A stretch of 62,944 nucleotides of DNA, filler included, from Hyphochytrium catenoides (taxonomy: Eukaryota > Protista > Hyphochytriomycota): the NCBI GenBank assembly GCA_900088475.1. It is 5 parts of 5 records of this genome, joined end to end, with 100 filler letters (N's around TTAATTAATTAA, not from the genome) between each part and the next. Parts side by side here need not be neighbours in the genome. Positions count along the whole stretch, not along the records: positions 31,217 to 39,618 come from FLMG01001082.1; positions 39,719 to 61,760 come from FLMG01002571.1; 3 more parts are not named here. One strand, given 5' to 3'. Positions 32,129 through 44,233 of the stretch are shown here, piece after piece (the stretch's first letter is position 1; the number at the start of each line of letters is the position of its first letter). A model generated the notes under the pieces. The model did no database searches. It was not told where the DNA came from and worked only from the letters and a program-made list of their open reading frames with translations. A program made the translations under genes and the position numbers.

Positions 32129-32701
32129 NNNNNNNNNNNNNNNNNNNNNNNNNNNNNNNNNNNNGAGAGGGAGAGAAAGAGAGAGAGAGGGAGAGAAAGA
32201 GAGAGAGAGAGAGGGGTGGGGGCGAAAGAAAGACAGGTAAACAGAAGATAGAAAAGAAGGAAGAGAAGGGGAAAAAAAGAAAGAAAGAGAGAGAACGAAA
32301 GGGAGAGAAGACAGTGAAAGAAGCATCCGCACGCGGGAGAGAGAAAGAGAGACAGCGAGAGCAAGAGACAGAGAGGGAGGCGAGAGCACAAGACAGAGAA
32401 CGAGCAGAAGACGACGAGAGATTGGGGAGAAAGATGAGTTAGATTAAGGGAGGAAGAGAGAGTGAGAGAGAGAGAGAGAGCGAAGCTAGGAGGAAGAGTA
32501 GACACGATGAGACCTGTGGATGTATTCCTTCTCTCTCTCAAGTTCCAAGAGACGGTAGATCGCGTCTGTGACAGAGAGAGAGAGAACGAGAGAAAGGAGG
32601 ACGCCCACTACCGTCACCGCAAGGGCGCGGGGCACGTCGGCCTTGGATACAAACAACGGAGGAGGAGGAGGAGCGAGCGGGGCAAAGAAAAAACGAGACA
32701 T
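31563..32701 (-). CDS. multi-pass membrane protein of unknown function, 3' part missing from the scaffold
   Basis: ATG at 32701 (MSRFFF..AVTVVGVLLSLVLSL); exon ~31987-31875 SLGNVTLSLTLTRIFRSIALFLLGYYLWLGTMRVAQH; exon ~31664-31564 GTYCIYEMLWACNVSLLMAALGMLTSRPLLVCGA. Confidence 0.7.
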
Positions 32702-35555
32702 TGTCTNNNNNNNNNNNNNNNNNNNNNNNNNNNNNNNNNNNNNNNNNNNNNNNNNNAGAGAGAGAGAGAGAGAGAGAGAGAAGAGACAGAGAAGCTTGAA
32801 AAGGGAGAGGGTGAGGGAAGCTATCAAAACCTGAGGCGGAGAGAGGATAAACAGAAGCGGGAGCGTGAACAAGAGGTAGAGAGTGAGAAGGCTTGAAAGC
32901 GGAAGAGGGAGAGAGAAAGGGAGAGCGGTAAGAGAGAGGACGAGAGAGGGAGAGAGACGAATGAGAAAGTAAAGAGAGAGGAGAGAGAGGAGAGAGAGAG
33001 AGAGATGAATGTCAGGGGAACGAAGTCTCTCGCTAAGGATCCATGCAGTTGCATTTCAGCTGACTCGTAATAAGGAGAAGGGAGAAGGGAGATGCTAGAC
33101 CCTCGAGCGCCGAGGGCAAGAGAGAGAGAGAGAGAAAGACCTCCAGGAGGAGAGTCTGTCCATGACAAGAGANNNNNNNNNNNNNNNNNNNNNNNNNNNN
33201 NNNNNNNNNNNNNNNNNNNNNNNNNNNNNNNNNNNNNNNNNNNNNGAGAAAGAAGAGAGAGAAAAGAAGAGAGAGAAGAGAAGAGAGAGAGAAAAGAAGA
33301 GAGAGAGAAAGAGAGAGAGACAGAGAAAGAAAGGAGGATATCACGAGAAGAAAGAGCCAGTTGCCACCATTTACACAAAGCACTGCTTATGAGGGTCACT
33401 TTGAACGAAACAGACCCAACATCTCCCTAAATCGCCCCATATACTCTGTGTAGGGGTCGCACACGCCAAAAGTTGACGGTAGTCCTTATCGGGCCACGAT
33501 CTATGAAGAGACACCAGAGAAAGCTCTGGCCACTGATGCGGAGACTCCCCAGGTCCTGATGGTCAACTGCTCCGTGTTGGTGAGGAGGAGGCATGAGTCC
33601 TGCGCAGCGGAGGTAGTTCCCCAGTGTAGACGCCATTCCTGTTCCTCGACCTTCGACTGACCGGTCACTTTGACCGTAAGAGATAGGGTCGTGGTAGGGA
33701 TGATTGATTGCAGGGTACGCTCTAGTAGGTGCTGAGCTTTGCTCCGGCCACTTCCTCTTCCGTCCCTGCCCTTGGTAGTCTCGGTTCCACGGCTGTGGCC
33801 ACTTCTTATTCTCTGGCATCAAGGCCTTGGCTCATCATCGTTCTATGGATTCTCTTCGGTCTCTTGCCACTTCGACACACCACTGTGGCTGGGCTCAACG
33901 TCTTGGCCGTTGGGATTCTTTCCTATCTGTATCTGAGGGCTGTGCACTAGGCCGTTCTACTCCTCTGCCATCCCCTTCTCATATGCCTTCTGACCTTAGA
34001 CCCTTGTGAGCCCCTTGCCAAGCCTTGCACTGATCTGTCGAACCTTAGTGTTCCTTCTGTCTCTGGCTGCCGCCATGGTCTTTCAACAGATTGATACCGT
34101 CACTACCCGATACTATGTCTCTTCCTGATGGCCAAGGACGAAGGTTCCGCTTGGTCCCAAACTTGGCACCCTTACGTCGCGTGCCTTTATTGGCAAACGC
34201 CTCTTACGCTTTTTTCTGATGGGACGGTGAACTATGTGCAAACCTCTGTCCCTGACCATTACTAGTCATACAGACCTGCTGATTCTTCTGGACCTACTCT
34301 TTTTCCTTTTCTGGTTAAAGCGATGGTATACGGACTACATACTGCGAAACCCCGCTTGACATGCAAAAGATTCTTCAATGCACATCTATGGGGCCAAACA
34401 AAGGCTGCCAATGCTGTCAGGACCCTGCTGAAGCTGTATCTTTGTATCGAGCTCCTTTCCGCTCCAAGGTCACCGACTTCGGTAAGAAAAATGGCAAGCA
34501 TGGGTTCACATGATAAGTGTACCTTGAAAAGGCGATGCCCGCCAACATTACTAGTGCCACCGGCCCCCAAGAAGAGGATCTCGCTAGAAAGATCAACTCC
34601 TAGTCACTATCGCTCCTTCTGCTTCTGCAGGTGCCGGAGTCTGAAGTCTTCACAATATAGGGCTGGAACGTACCCTTATCTGCCAATCACCACCAGAACG
34701 ACTCTGTCTTCCTCGAAGAATAGCATTGCTTGTGAGTCCACGAGATGCTGCCCACAACTAAGGACGATACGACCAATCAACGACCAGCCTCCCAACTCGC
34801 TGTAGCCAGGTCTGCCATTGCTTTGTCCTGTACGGTAGGGTACAGGAGAGTGAGCTATCATGGTCTGCCCTGAACTTCTATAACCTTCTAAACGAAGGCT
34901 GAAGAACTAGAGAATCTGAATATGTGCAAAGCCCTGTCATTATTGGCCGATCAGCTTCTGCCCTCAGATCTCAGATCTTCAAGGATCTTTTGAGCTCAAA
35001 GTAACCGGTCTCGCGCGCGTCCTGTTTGATTCTTTCAAGAACTTGAAACAAGCAGAGATCAGTAATCACCAACTTTTACAGTAAACCCACTTTCACCTCC
35101 TCAATATTGCTACTGCCTATATTAAGGCAATACCTTCTATTTACCTAGTCCACGTTTCAGGGATTAAGAAAATAAAAGAGGTTGCCCTTCGACTGTAAGG
35201 TTACGCGCCGGAGATGAAGTTTCTTTGTTTCTTCCGGCAACAGGAAGGTTTTCGAGCTCATTGCCAAGCCGATCTTCAACCTCTTCTCGGCCTGGCCGAG
35301 GTCACAGCGCCGCCTCCCCAGTGCGCCAGCCCACACCGAACTCACAGGCTTATGCGCGTCGTGTGAAGATCGAAGGGCCAGCACCGATCTGAAGAAGGAG
35401 AGGGCGAAGAGGAGAACCGATGGTGCTGGAGCCTTGAGGCTTTTAAAAGGAGACGCGCATAGCTTGTGACATACGTGGCCCGATCTACATCCACACCCAT
35501 CCACCGCTTTACTCTATAATAAAGCGGAAAGAACTGGTGCATTGGATCGCGCAGG

Positions 35556-37563
35556 ATGTTAGGTTTCCTAGCTAGAGCGTCGTGCCCTCAATCAGTACTG
35601 TTGGTGCTCGTTTTGGTGCTGTCATCAAACGTCGGGCAGCTAGCTTCAGCCACCATCATACCAGTGGGTTCCATTCGTCTCTTCCCTGATGATAATGGAT
35701 CTGCCTCGATAGATGTCCTAGCTGAGCTAAGTGCGTCGGCTGGGTGGGGCGGTGTGCCTCCCGTGTTCTCAGACGCCTCCTCTGCACGGATTGTCGAGGT
35801 AAAGGCAAATTACGCTCCTTCTTCAATAGAAAGCTCTGCGTCTAACTTTCCTTGCTCTCTCCGTAAAGGCAACCGCAGAGATGAATGACTGTTCTCTGGA
35901 AACTCTCAAGCAGGATCTTTATGCCGCCAAGAGCGCTAACGAAGGTGGAGACAACGACCTGCCCTTGTACCTTCTCTCGAAACGTGGCACAAATGGCTGC
36001 ACAGTAGTGCAGAAAGCTCGGACAGCGCAGGCCGCTGGCGCCAGTGGACTGATTGTGATGAACACGGTAGAGGCGACGTACAAGTCCTATCAGAACCTCA
36101 CTGGAAAGGCAGAGGAGCAGGTTAAAGCCATTGCCTTTAGCTGCGCAAATGGTGAAGCCACCGTCCCTGAGCTGTCAGCCAACCCTTGGGACACCTATCA
36201 TCAGTCAAAGGAGGCCGCTGATTGCACTGAGAGCGCGCGGTGCAACTCTGGCATCTGCATCCCTTCGGGAGAAGAGAAAGAGGGAGGATATCAACTCTGT
36301 TGCCTTTGGGATCGCTACTTGGTGCTTTATGCTGGCACCAACAACCTTACAGAAGTGAAAGACATCACCATCCCTGTCTACTTCGTGACCATTAGAGATG
36401 CCGAGCGGCTCCTGGCAGGTCTTCCCGCCGTGCTCAAGGCTGGTCTTAGGCCCTCTGTCGCTATTGACCCATCTTCTTTCATCATTTGGGCTCTGGGCGT
36501 GGCGGTGGTGATTGGTGCCTCGTATCGCTCGGCTGCTGCTGAGAGAAAGATCTCGTCTGGGTCCTACCAGGCCGTGCAGACAGGGCCAGAGAGTGAAGAA
36601 GGTGCACAGGAGGAACAGATTGAGCTCACTGTCTATCATGCCGCAGGGTTTATCCTTTTAGCCTCTGTCTTTCTCGTCATCGTCTTCTACGTCCAGGTCC
36701 CTCTTATCATCAACATCATGTTTGCCTTGGGCTCGGTCTCTACGGTGGCTTTAGTGATTACTCTACCTTTGGCGGAGAAGCTGTTCCCTCGCCTGGCGAA
36801 CGCTATAGTCAACATCAAGTGGCTGGGGCTGTGCTACTGGTCGGAGATCGTAGCGATGCTAACCTCCGCTGCCCTGGTTGCCGTCTGGTTTGTCTTTCGC
36901 CGAAGTGATTGGGCCTGGATTCTGCAGGATCTCTTTGGCATCTGTCTTTGCTTTGTCTTCCTGAGCACCATCCGCCTGCCCAGCGTTAAGGTTGCGTCTG
37001 TCCTCCTGGTCTTGGCTTTTGTCTATGACATCTTCTTCGTTTTCCTCTCACCCTATATCTTCCATCGAAGCGTCATGATAGCGGTAGCAACAGGGGGCGA
37101 TGGACCTGAAACGCGGGAAGACTATCCTGGGGACAACTTTTGCGATAGAGAGCCCTCAGACTCTCGCTGCTTGCCGCCGGAGCAGCTGCCAATGCTGCTA
37201 AAGATCCCTAAGATGCTTGACTGGAGCGGTGGCTATGCGATGTTGGGCCTGGGGGACATGGTGCTGCCAGGACTGCTTCTCTCGTTCGCCTTGCGATACG
37301 ACTATTCTTATGGGAAAAGCCTTCGGAATGGTTATTTCGTACCGTTGAGTGTGGGCTACACGGTGGGCCTCGGACTGGCAAACTTGATGGTCATCTTAAC
37401 TCATAGTGGACAGCCAGCTTTGCTCTATCTTGTGCCCTGTACACTTGGGCTACTTGTTGCCCTCGCATACTGCAGGAGCGAGCTGAAGGAGATGTGGCAT
37501 GGGCCGAGTAGCTTGAAGTCAGGAGCGGGTATGGTGGGGGCGGAACAGCTGAAGATGCCTTGA
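35556..37563 (+). CDS. signal peptide peptidase-like (SPPL, peptidase A22B) with PA domain, 2 exons
   Basis: Intron 35799-35868 joins the two listed ORFs in frame. Signal peptide; PA motif KRGTNGCTVVQKARTAQAAGASGLIVMN; catalytic YD (AFVYDIFFVF), LGLGD and QPALLYLVP. Confidence 0.96.
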
Positions 37564-37815
37564 TAACATAGCGTTAGCGTTAGGACCTCTGTTTCATTAT
37601 GTATAGCGACTATTAACAGTAATAACATTGGCTCTACAAGGTGACGGCAGTGTGACGAAGGATAAAGAGGATTAGTTCCTGCTGCTACAGGTACGTGGTG
37701 CTGATGGGGAGGAAAAGGTGGGAGAGAGCATCTTTCATTCCTCTTCTAGCAGAACTACATTCTGCTGCGGTGCAGTCCGCGGCGGGCTGCTTCTGCAACG
37801 ACCAAGAGATAGCTC

Positions 37816-38942
37816 TTAATCGTCAAGGATTCCATTATACAGCTGTTCTCCAACTACCAGCGGTCGGACATGTCGAGCATAATGTTCCAGGGAGACGGGT
37901 CGAATGATATCTTCCGTGGCTAGTCATTGGGAAAGAAACACATAGTGTGAGGTCGCAGGCAGTACTCGCATGACCAGTTCCAATGGATGCAGCGGGGGAT
38001 GAACGTCGAAGCGGGGCAAGGCACGAATGCGAGAAGAGTCTATGTAAATGGCAGGAGAGTAGTAGATGGCCAAGAGAGAGAGAGAGAGAGAGAGTGGGAA
38101 AGTAACAGTGACAGTGAAAATGTTCATTTCGAGATGTGGGCCCCATGATCCTGTGGCTGCCTTACCGCCGCAATATCTAGAGTATTCATTCAAGAGATCA
38201 GGGTCTCTCAAGTTCTGAGGCCGTCTAGTGCGCTGTGGACCTCTATTCTCCGTGGCTGCCAGGTCAATCACTAGGGGCTCGCTATCGATGCGCTTAAAGT
38301 ACTGGGACCCGCCATGGTGGCCAGGTGAACATGCAGAGATGAGGAATTGTGAGGGCGGAGAATCGGCTGGGAAGTAAGCAAGAAGAAAGCTCGCTGAAGT
38401 CTCAGCTAAGCCTTAGGCAACCCTGGCAGCTTCAGACAGAGCCACAGTGGCAAGCAAGACGGGTTGCTTCTCACACACAGACAGTCGGATCTTCAAGCGA
38501 TAACGGCGTCTCAGTGCTCCCTACCTCAGCTTTCATTTGCAGCACGTTCCGCAGATCTGACTCCTTCACAGGATCACTGTGTCTGGGTAGGGATCTTCTT
38601 TGTGAGTTCTCTGGGGCCTTGGTGGTCTGGCAGTTGCCCTTCACCTCTGGCTTATCCTCCTTCTTAGTGATGAAGCGCTTCCGACTGAAGGGAGAGGACC
38701 GTACAAGCATGAGTAAGAAGAGCTGTTTGTGTGCGCTGCTGATCTCGTTGTTTCTCTGTCACTAGGTTCCACTTTGCGGTTTATAGAGAATGAGATTACC
38801 TCGCTATAGAGTCTTCATCACCGGTGGAGAGAGAGTCTGGCGCTGATCGCTTTCGACTGAGGGTGGGCTTCAGGTCTGGCAATAGACTGACGGAGAAGTT
38901 GAAGCTGTGGCGCCCTTTGCGTTGCAGTCCGTAGACCTTCAT
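37816..38942 (-). CDS. hypothetical 180-aa protein, 4 exons
   Basis: Exons 38942-38800, 38684-38525, 38301-38166, 37919-37816; all GT-AG with matching phases 2/0/1, total 543 nt. MKVYGLQRKG..VLQMKAEYFKRIDSEPLVID..EYSRYCGATEDIIRPVSLEHYA..LYNGILDD*. Confidence 0.8.
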
Positions 38943-39114
38943 CGCTAACTTCAGTCCTCAGTCCTCACTCTCTTTATTCCTTCCTCTCTCAACCAGCTGG
39001 GCTGTGAGCTTCCCTAGTGAGAGTACTCACAGGTATTACCTCTAGTCCGTAAGACCGAAGGCAAGCCTTTGAATGACTTTAGCTGTGGAGAACCTGGCAC
39101 TATGCTGGTACCAC

Positions 39115-39254
39115 TCTGCAGAATGACTCTTCCTACTATACCAGTGTGACCGCGAGGACAGTCTGCAGAATGACTCTTCCTACTATGCCAATTGACAGCG
39201 AGGACAGTCTGCAGATTAACTGTTCCTTTTACGCCAGTGTGACTGCGAGGACAG
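39115..39254. repeat. minisatellite, 3 x 46-47 nt
   Basis: tctgcagaatgactcttcctactataccagtgtgaccgcgaggacag plus two diverged copies. Confidence 0.9.
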
Positions 39255-39618
39255 TGCTTCACGGAGACGATATGACGCCTGGAACCCTGCGCCGCTCTAC
39301 TACGGAGACTGGAGGTCGGAGATTATTGGGAAATGGATCTGCAGACGATCTCAGACGCAGAAACTTCAAATATTGAAACACAGCAACCGTCATGCCGCCT
39401 ATCCATAATAAAGTATATACTTATAAGGTATACGTAAGGTTATATTCCGGAGAGCGATGTGGCGAAGCGGCACGGCTGCGAGAAGGAAAGGAAAGACAAA
39501 GAGAGAAGGGACAGAGAGAGAGAGACAGGAAGAGTCAGAAAAAGAGTGAGAAACAAAGAGAGAGAGGAAAAAGAGGTACAGAGAAAGGAAAACGGAGAGG
39601 CTGAGAGAGAGAGAAAGA

Positions 39619-39718
39619 NNNNNNNNNNNNNNNNNNNNNNNNNNNNNNNNNNNNNNNNNNNNTTAATTAATTAANNNNNNNNNNNNNNNNNNNNNNNNNN
39701 NNNNNNNNNNNNNNNNNN
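39619..39718. other. artificial scaffold spacer
   Basis: 44N-TTAATTAATTAA (39663-39674)-44N. Confidence 0.98.
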
Positions 39719-41146
39719 GGGGGGTGGGAGGGAAGGGACTTAATAATTCCGAAGCAATTGATGGGTGGTATGCTACAAACACTTGTATGCTACATCGAGT
39801 GGGCACTGGGATAATTTCTTCGTCCTTCGACTCTTCAAAAGCTTCCCCAAATACATGGTAACTTCAACAATCAAATGGATCAAAAGAGTGTTCCTCATAG
39901 CAAACGGGCAGTAATATCGTCATCAACAACCAACAACGAGACTTACTTATACTACATCGCGCGAGCAGGCAGCAAAGTACAGAGTGGTGCATGCTGCTAA
40001 CCTATTGGAACCTTTTGAGCAGCCCTCCACCACGATGAGAGGTACTAGTACTGCATTCGTTACAGCGATGAAGGCTCCATCATCATCAGTTGTGACCTGG
40101 AGCGACCCTGGAGCTCCTGACTGAAGACCAAGGAAGAAAGCTCTTTCCTAATAATGACTTCCAAGGAGTTTTCCAGAGCTCACCCGCATTGTTGTCGGCA
40201 GAGCAGAAGAAGAGCTGGCAGCTGGCAGGTCAAACAAACCAGAACCGGAGGAATCAAATTTTTTTTCCATTCGTTGATTACCAAGAAGGAATAACTAGGA
40301 AAGAAGGACTGTTCTGATTACGCCTTTGAATGATACCACTCTGCTGTAGTTGTGTCACCCGTTCGTGCTCTGTGTGATTGTGTATTCAAGCCAGTAAGGA
40401 GGTAAATGCACCATCGAAAGGCAGTGACAATTTCAGCCAATCAAAAGCAGTCTAACCCTACAAGGACGAATCGCCTGTCCCTCAGACCCACAGGCAACTC
40501 CGCTGAAGAGTATGAGAGACCTAGCTACTTAACCGTATAAGCGCTTGCTAAACAACCCAATCTAGTAATGATATTTCGGAGTAGGAGGTCTAGTAAATTG
40601 CGGTTCTGGTGTTGAAGACCAAGCCCAAGGAAGAGGACGTGGCGCCCACCCGTCCCACCTGCCAGTGTGATAGCTGTACTACTACCGCCCAGTGGCCTTT
40701 CTGTTACGGTGGGTGGGTGTGCTGATTTCGTTGTCTCTCCTCCCTGCTCTGTCTTTCGAACACTTCCTGCCATCCCTAAATCTCTCATACATTTATCATT
40801 TCTCTGTCTCGACTTCGGGCCAGTTTCCCTCTCTCTGTCTCACGCTCTTTCTTCGGTCATTTTTGGCTCTTGATGGCTGTTGCGCGGCTTCTCCCTCCAT
40901 CGTCAGTAGAACGCCAGACAGAGTGCGCGAAAGAGCTTTAGAAGGAGACAGAGCGCCCCAGAGAGAAAGAAATGAAGTGAGGAAGATAGGGTAAACGGAG
41001 CGAGACAATGAGACAGAGAGAGAAGAGAGAAAGNNNNNNNNNNNNNNNNNNNNNNNNNNNNNNNNNNNNNNNNNNNNNNNTCCACTTTCCTCCCTCTTCT
41101 CCCTTCTTCTGGCCCTGTCTCCTTCCTTCCTTCTCTCCCTTGTCTC

Positions 41147-41179
<33 letters not shown>

Positions 41180-41476
41180 GTGTCTCTCTCTCTCGCACTG
41201 CGCCGCTCCCACCGTCGCAGGAAAAAGAGATCTCCATAATTCGCAAAACCTGCATCGGAATCTGCATCTTCATTTGTCGATAGGCTTAAGACAGGTCCTT
41301 TAAGGCAAACAGACCTAGGGCTATAGACTTTGTTTTTAGCCTCGTCCTCCTTGCAAATGTTGCTATCCTAAAGCTCTCGATTCCTTTCTATTCATTTCTA
41401 TCTTCTGTGAGAGCTACGTATTGTGAACAACGCCTGCATCCTTTGGAGTGTAAGCTTCTGATCTCAAGGGTTAGAA

Positions 41477-43753
41477 ATGCGTCTCCGGCTGATCTCCGGA
41501 GTGGTGGCACTAGCTAGTCTCTGTTGGACTCAGACGGCAGAGGCGGGCGTTAAGGGCTGCTGGGTCGGCCTTAAAACTGACAAAGAAAAGACGGTCGATG
41601 CTGTCGTTCAGCAGGACTGCGCCAGCCTTTACAGCCTTCTTAACGGCTTTGATGCCGCCCAAATCGGGCAGCTTCAAGGCGCTCTAAGGCAGGCTACTCA
41701 GCTTCGTAGCCTTCAGGCCAATCCAACTCCAGCGCTTCCACCTGGGGTGACCATCCCTACTGGCGCGAAAATCCCGACCAACATCCCGAAGCTGGCACCA
41801 TACTGTGGTGGAAAGATTGATCCTCAGAGGGCCGCAGAGAATGCCAAGTGCAACAGAGTAGGCACCACCGTCACAGGAGGGAACCTCACTGCGCCTACTG
41901 CCGTGGGGCTCTACTCCTGCAGTGTCCCCAAGTGCACCAATGGTCAGTTGGACTACTCTCAGCAGGTAGTCCCAGCAGAGGTGCTGCCCATCTTGGCCTT
42001 CCTTATGGCTGGGACCAGCGGCGGCAGTGGCTTCAATATCAAGCTAGACGCTGCTTCGGGGCTGCTTTGTAATTCAGACTTCTGCAACATTCCGCCTGGC
42101 CAAGAAAATGTCAACTTGAAGACCGGGGACATTTACCCTGAGCCAACCGGCTTTGGCAAGGTCGTTGCTGACTATGGTGGACCCATGGCAAGCATTGCAA
42201 CGGCCTCAGGAGTGGCCATTGGCGTCGGAGGCGCTGTTATTGGCTCAGCCTTTACTGGAGGCGCGGTAGCTCCGACAGATCTTATTACCTTGATCGCTCA
42301 CGGACAATTCGTTAACTTGCTCGGGCAACTGAATCTGGACGGAGCTCCGCCGTTTGTTCTGGACCTCTCTGCCTCTATGTCCTGGGTTAACTTTCAGTTC
42401 TCTTTCCTCTATCCTAAGCCTGAGGAGGCGGGCATGTACCGCCGTCGTTTGCAACTGCTCAGCAATGACACGGTGATCGCTGCAGATGATGTGGACTCTT
42501 GCGGCCAGGGCCCATGCGGGTATGCGAAGACGCTGGGCGTGAAGCCTGAGAGCCTCTTCTACCTTACCGTCGCCACCATCGCAGCAGTCATAGGTCTCCT
42601 CCTGGTTCTCTTCTTCTCGGCGTTTGTCTTCGACAAATACCGCCAGGGCGCGAAGGCAGAGCAGATAATGCATGAGGATCCAGATAAGAGCACAGCCACG
42701 CTGTGGAAAGACCGTGTGATCTGGCTGAGCATCCAGTTCCTTCTGCTAATCCAATACATTATCTCCATGGTCTGCGTCTTCCAGATCTACTATGCCGCCA
42801 AGTATAGCCCCAAGAATGCTGCTCTCTCCATTGTTATCGCTCTTGTTACTTTCCTTCTCGTGGTTGGCGGGACGATCTGGTATGGAATGAAGGTCATTCG
42901 GGACAATGAGATGCAGCTGATGGACGTGAATGAGGTGACCCATAGAGAAAAGGTGGTGAACAGGCGGTACGGGCCGCTGTACGAGGACTATACCTTCGAG
43001 AACCGTTACTTCTTCATCTTCCGCATTGCGATTGCGGTAGCCTCGGGTGTCGTGGTGGGCTTTAGCTTCTTCTCAGGAATCATCCAGACCCTCATAATTC
43101 TGGCACTGTACGTGCTTTTCCTGCTGTTGCTAACCTGGAGAGAGCCCTTCTACTGGAGGTTCTTCCACACCACAGCCTCCTTCGTGACTGTGCTCAAGAT
43201 TCCCATCCTGTTGCTGACGCTGCTGCTGGTCAACGCGAGTTGGCTGCCTCAAGATCTCCGGATGTTTGTAGGGTACACGATTGTCGTACTGAACATCTTC
43301 GTCATCGTTGTCGTGGTGGTGAGGCAGCTATATGGACTTTGGAAGCTATACAGCCTCAAGAAGAAGCAAGAAAGTGGCGTGGAGACGCCAACGGGGGGAT
43401 TGACGCCTTTGAATAATGCAAAGAGCCCGGGAGATGCGCTCTCTCCCATGCGCGGCGTTTCCAGGAACTATTCTGAGGAGCCAGTGAAGACCTACGCACC
43501 TGGACCTCCTGGGTCAGGAGGCAACATGGTAGTGGACTTGGACACGTTCCAGCCTGTCTCAAGGGGTGGCGGCAGTACACGGACGATCCAGAGCTCGGCA
43601 TCTGGTAGACAACTGCCGCCAATCAATGGGACTCACAATATAGCAGGAGGTGCATCCCGAATGTATGAGCCTGCTGTGGACGCCAATGATATCTATACTC
43701 AGAGACAGCAGGTGCAACAGCAGAGCTCTGCAAAGAATCACTTCCTCCTTTGA
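41477..43753 (+). CDS. TRP-like (fungal FLC/Pkd2-type) multi-pass membrane protein with Cys-rich ectodomain, intronless
   Basis: 758 aa. Signal peptide; HGQFVNLLGQLNLDGAPPFVLDLSASMSWVNF; YGPLYEDYTFENRYFF; about 8-9 TM helices; low-complexity tail. Confidence 0.8.
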   Translation: MRLRLISGVVALASLCWTQTAEAGVKGCWVGLKTDKEKTVDAVVQQDCASLYSLLNGFDAAQIGQLQGALRQATQLRSLQANPTPALPPGVTIPTGAKIPTNIPKLAPYCGGKIDPQRAAENAKCNRVGTTVTGGNLTAPTAVGLYSCSVPKCTNGQLDYSQQVVPAEVLPILAFLMAGTSGGSGFNIKLDAASGLLCNSDFCNIPPGQENVNLKTGDIYPEPTGFGKVVADYGGPMASIATASGVAIGVGGAVIGSAFTGGAVAPTDLITLIAHGQFVNLLGQLNLDGAPPFVLDLSASMSWVNFQFSFLYPKPEEAGMYRRRLQLLSNDTVIAADDVDSCGQGPCGYAKTLGVKPESLFYLTVATIAAVIGLLLVLFFSAFVFDKYRQGAKAEQIMHEDPDKSTATLWKDRVIWLSIQFLLLIQYIISMVCVFQIYYAAKYSPKNAALSIVIALVTFLLVVGGTIWYGMKVIRDNEMQLMDVNEVTHREKVVNRRYGPLYEDYTFENRYFFIFRIAIAVASGVVVGFSFFSGIIQTLIILALYVLFLLLLTWREPFYWRFFHTTASFVTVLKIPILLLTLLLVNASWLPQDLRMFVGYTIVVLNIFVIVVVVVRQLYGLWKLYSLKKKQESGVETPTGGLTPLNNAKSPGDALSPMRGVSRNYSEEPVKTYAPGPPGSGGNMVVDLDTFQPVSRGGGSTRTIQSSASGRQLPPINGTHNIAGGASRMYEPAVDANDIYTQRQQVQQQSSAKNHFLL

Positions 43754-44233
43754 AGAAGTTTGCTAAACGATGAAAAGGGAGAGAGTAGGTGCGGGTCAGA
43801 CCCACGGATCTCGTTGTCAAGCCTCTTTCCCAGACACCTTGTCTCTTTTCGCATGCTCTCTCTTCTGCCCACATTCCTTCTTCACCTTGCACGTTGTTAT
43901 TTAATTCAATATATCGGCAAGCAAGCCTTGCCACCAACCTACCCACTGCGCTTGTCGCCTCATTCTCCATCCCTCTCTTTCTCCTGAGTAAACCCTATAG
44001 TCTAGGGCCATCAAGTCTCGACGAAGGGTAATTTATAAGCGGAAGATAGAGAGAGAGAGAGAGTCCGTTAACTGACCAAACAACATGGACGGGAAGAGAG
44101 AGAAGCAGCTAAGGGCTTACGGTGGACCTCAGACAATTTAAGCGACTGTAAAGGCGGACAATGTTACTATTTTTCTTATTGGGTTCAACCCTATTCTTCC
44201 CTTTCTTTCTCTGTCTCTGTGTAGCTCGTGTCT

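Noticed and set aside
33380-35520. Retrotransposon remnant or minus-strand gene divergent from SPPL
   Set aside because: No RT, integrase or transposase motif was found. Exon-like pieces exist, but I could not build a phase-consistent model, so the region is left unassigned.
40150-40230. ELWxxDGT repeat protein (minus strand LFFCSADNNAGELWKT)
   Set aside because: It is a single short match with no DGT, nearby stops and no further repeats.
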